DNA from: Camelus ferus
Lineage: Eukaryota
Length of the DNA stretch: 64,000 nucleotides
Direction of reading: 5' to 3'
Assembly: GCF_009834535.1 (NCBI RefSeq)
Contig: NC_045705.1
Coordinates: forward strand, 30,876,001 to 30,940,000
Translations under genes and position numbers: made by a program
Part shown: one piece after another, positions 61,277 through 64,000 of the stretch
How the letters are laid out: each line of letters begins with the position of its first letter
How positions within the stretch are numbered: the stretch's first letter is position 1
The notes under the pieces: generated by a model
What the model was told of the DNA's origin: nothing
Database searches by the model: none
The model's input: the letters and a program-made list of their open reading frames with translations, nothing else

Positions 61277-63169
61277 ACTTTGAAAAATGTTAAATATATT
61301 AAAAAGTTGAAAGACTAGACAATGAATATCTGTATATCTTTCATCTAGATTCACAAATTTTGCATTTGCTTTTGCTCTATGTGTGTATATGCTTTTTTCT
61401 GGACCATTTCGAAGTAAGTTGCAAACATCATGACATTTCACCCCTAATATTTCAACTTACCTCTCCTAAGAATAAAGACATTCTAATATGTAACTACAAC
61501 ACATTATAGCAACACTGTCATACCTAAAGAATGTAACATTTGGTGCAATAATATCTAATATACCATCCATATTTAAATGTCTTCACTCATCTCCATAACA
61601 TCCTTCCTGCCTTAAAAAAAAATCCAGTATCAAGTCAATTACATACTGCCTTCAGTTGTCACATCTCTTTAGCCTTCTTTAGTCTGGAACAGTCCCCCAG
61701 TCTTTTTTGGTCTTTCATGACATCGACATTTTTGAAGCATCCAGACCAGTTGTTTTGTGTAGTTTGTTCTCAACACAGCAATCAAAGGAATTACTTTAAA
61801 ACCTAGTCAGATCATGTCACTCCTCTGCTCAAAATCCTGCAGCAGCTGTGAGACTCACTCAGAATAAGAGCCAAGGTCCTTACAACAGCCCACAGGGCCC
61901 TGTGGGTTTTCACTCCCCCACAATTTCCTCCAGGACCTTGACTCCCACTCCTTTCCTCCCTGTTCACAGTTACAGGCCTCCTTGCTGCTCTCTGACCAGG
62001 CCAGGCCAGTGTATTCTACCTGGAATGCTCTTTCCAGGATATTTGCTTGCTTCAGTCCCTCACCTTTTCTCCTTTAAGTCTTTGCTCAAAGGCCTCCTCA
62101 TCCAGACCCACCCTCACAGCCTTTTAATGCCGCAGCCTGTCCCTCCTGCCTCCACACTTCTCAGCCCCTTACCCTGTGCTACTATTTTTTAACTATAAAT
62201 TTTATTTTGAAAATAAATCTCATATCTAGAGAAAAGTTGCAAATAAAACGCAAATTAAAAAGATTTAAAAAATAAGGACCTCCTGTATAGCCCAGGGTAC
62301 TATATTCAATTTCTTATAATAACATATAATGGAAAAGAATCTGAAAAAATATGTATGTATGTATAACTGAATCTTTGCTGTACACCTAAAAGTAGCATTG
62401 TAAATCAACTGCACTTCAATAAAAAAATTTTAATGCAAATAATTTTTTTCTTGCATCATTTGAGAGAAAATTGCTGACCAGACACCACATCACCTCAGAT
62501 ACTTTGGTGGGAATTTCCTACCATCAAGGACATTTTCCTACTTAACCACAATACAACCTTCAGTATCAGGAAGTTAACCTTGATATGTTTCTACCATCTA
62601 ATACTCCAATCCCATCCAAATTTCACCAATTGTCCCACTGATGTCCTTTACAGCCTTAAAGGACACACTGGATCCAGACTGGGATCCAGTCCAGAATCAA
62701 GAGCACAATCAGGCACTGTATTTACTTGTAGTTCTTGAGTCTCTTTCAATCTGGAATCATTTCTCAGTCTTTCCTTGGCTTCATGACCTTGACACTTTTG
62801 AAGATTACAGTTACTTTGTAGGATATTTCTAAATTTGTGTTTACTTGGAGTTTCCTCATGATTTCCTCATGATTCATCTTTGGCAGGAATACCACAGAAG
62901 AGGTGCAGAGTTTCTCACTCCATTCATTCAGGTAGCAGCTGATTTCATTTTGTTTCCCATTACTGGAGATGTTAACCTTTCTCACTTGATGAATCTGGTG
63001 TCTGCAAACCTCCATTGTGAAGTTGCTCTTTTTTCCCCTTGAAATTAATAGGCATTTTGTGGGGAAGTACTTTGGAACTATGTAAATATCCCATCCTTCA
63101 TCAAATTTTTAATTTACTCATTTATTTATTTAGATCGGTATGGATTCTTCTTTTATCCAGTAAATCATT

Positions 63170-63270
63170 GCTATGAACTGAATGTATCTCCCTCCTCCAA
63201 ATTCATGTGTTGAAGCTCTAACCCTCAATTTAAGGTATTGGAGATGGGGCTTTGGGAGGCAATGAGGATT
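63170..63270 (+). mobile_element. MLT1 (MaLR) LTR 5' fragment
   Basis: TGCTATGAACTGAATG...CCAAATTCATGTGTTGAAGCTCTAACCC...GGGGCTTTGGGAGG. Confidence 0.7.
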
Positions 63271-63510
63271 GATCAACCCCTCTATGTAATCAATTTCTCA
63301 TTGCCACTCCCCTCCAGACACAGATCCTTTGTTACTCTATCTTTGTCCAAATGCCCCACGTATATACCCTACTTGCTCTACTCAAGATCTGACACCTCAC
63401 ACCAGACCTCCAGCTTGGGTGTCTCCTTACCCCATTTAGGCTCCAACAATCCATGCCAAGCTGCCCTCCTTCCCCGGCTTGGTCTCTGACCCTCTGCAGT
63501 GGATGGCACC

Positions 63511-63543
63511 CCACCCACCACCACCACCACCACCACCACCACA
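63511..63543. repeat. (CCA)n trinucleotide repeat
   Basis: About 10 CCA units. Confidence 0.9.
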
Positions 63544-64000
63544 TGGATGCCTTCCTCAGGCTCCCATGCTAGCCTTTCTCCCCCAGGGTGTCCTCATCAC
63601 CCTGCTCTGACTGACACACTACATCAGGCTGCCCTGTGCACAGGTGCCCTCCTTGCCCTATTCAGGCTCCAGCTCCCTGACCACCTGTCTGCATGGACAT
63701 CCTCTTCATCTTGCTTGGCCCCAATACCCAGCACCAAGCCCTGCCATCGTGTGAACCCCTTTCTCACCCACCCTAGGCACTGACACTCCAGGATGAGGCC
63801 CCATGTGTGTGGATACCCTTCTCTTTCCACACAGGCTCTACCTCTCCACACTGGGGCTTCGCCTGTGGGGACACTCCCTCACCTGGTTGGGTTCCAACAC
63901 CCCACACCAGGCCACCCTTCCACCTGGATGCCTGTCTTGCTCTGTCTCACCTAATGGTTTTAGGATGAGAAGGGAAAGGGAGGAAGAGGAGAAAGAGGAA

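Overview
Mammalian genomic DNA, syntenic with human 11p11.2. It is probably from a camelid, inferred from the tRNA-derived SINE family. Left to right it holds four genes. (1) The 5' part of MYBPC3 (- strand, exons 1-9; the gene runs off the left edge). (2) The complete SPI1/PU.1 gene (- strand, 5 exons, ~270/271 aa), with nearly all of the ETS-domain exon lost in an N gap. (3) About 20 kb of SPI1 upstream regulatory sequence, including the probable URE and an orphan CpG island, followed by the complete SLC39A13/ZIP13 gene (+ strand, 364/371 aa). (4) The complete PSMC3/Rpt5 gene (- strand, 12 exons, 439 aa). Exons were placed by reading GT/AG boundaries and checking frame; human comparisons are from memory, not alignment. 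The rest is MIR, L2, L1, LTR and DNA-transposon remnants, young SINEs with target-site duplications (TSDs), simple repeats and four N gaps. Almost all ORFs in the supplied track are spurious or exon-containing fragments. I found no prokaryote-type or clearly novel system. The best testable hypotheses are a phase-compatible SPI1-MYBPC3 read-through splice, possible loss or replacement of MYBPC3 micro-exon 10, an unidentified ~0.7 kb retroposed insert, and several unannotated regulatory elements upstream of SPI1.
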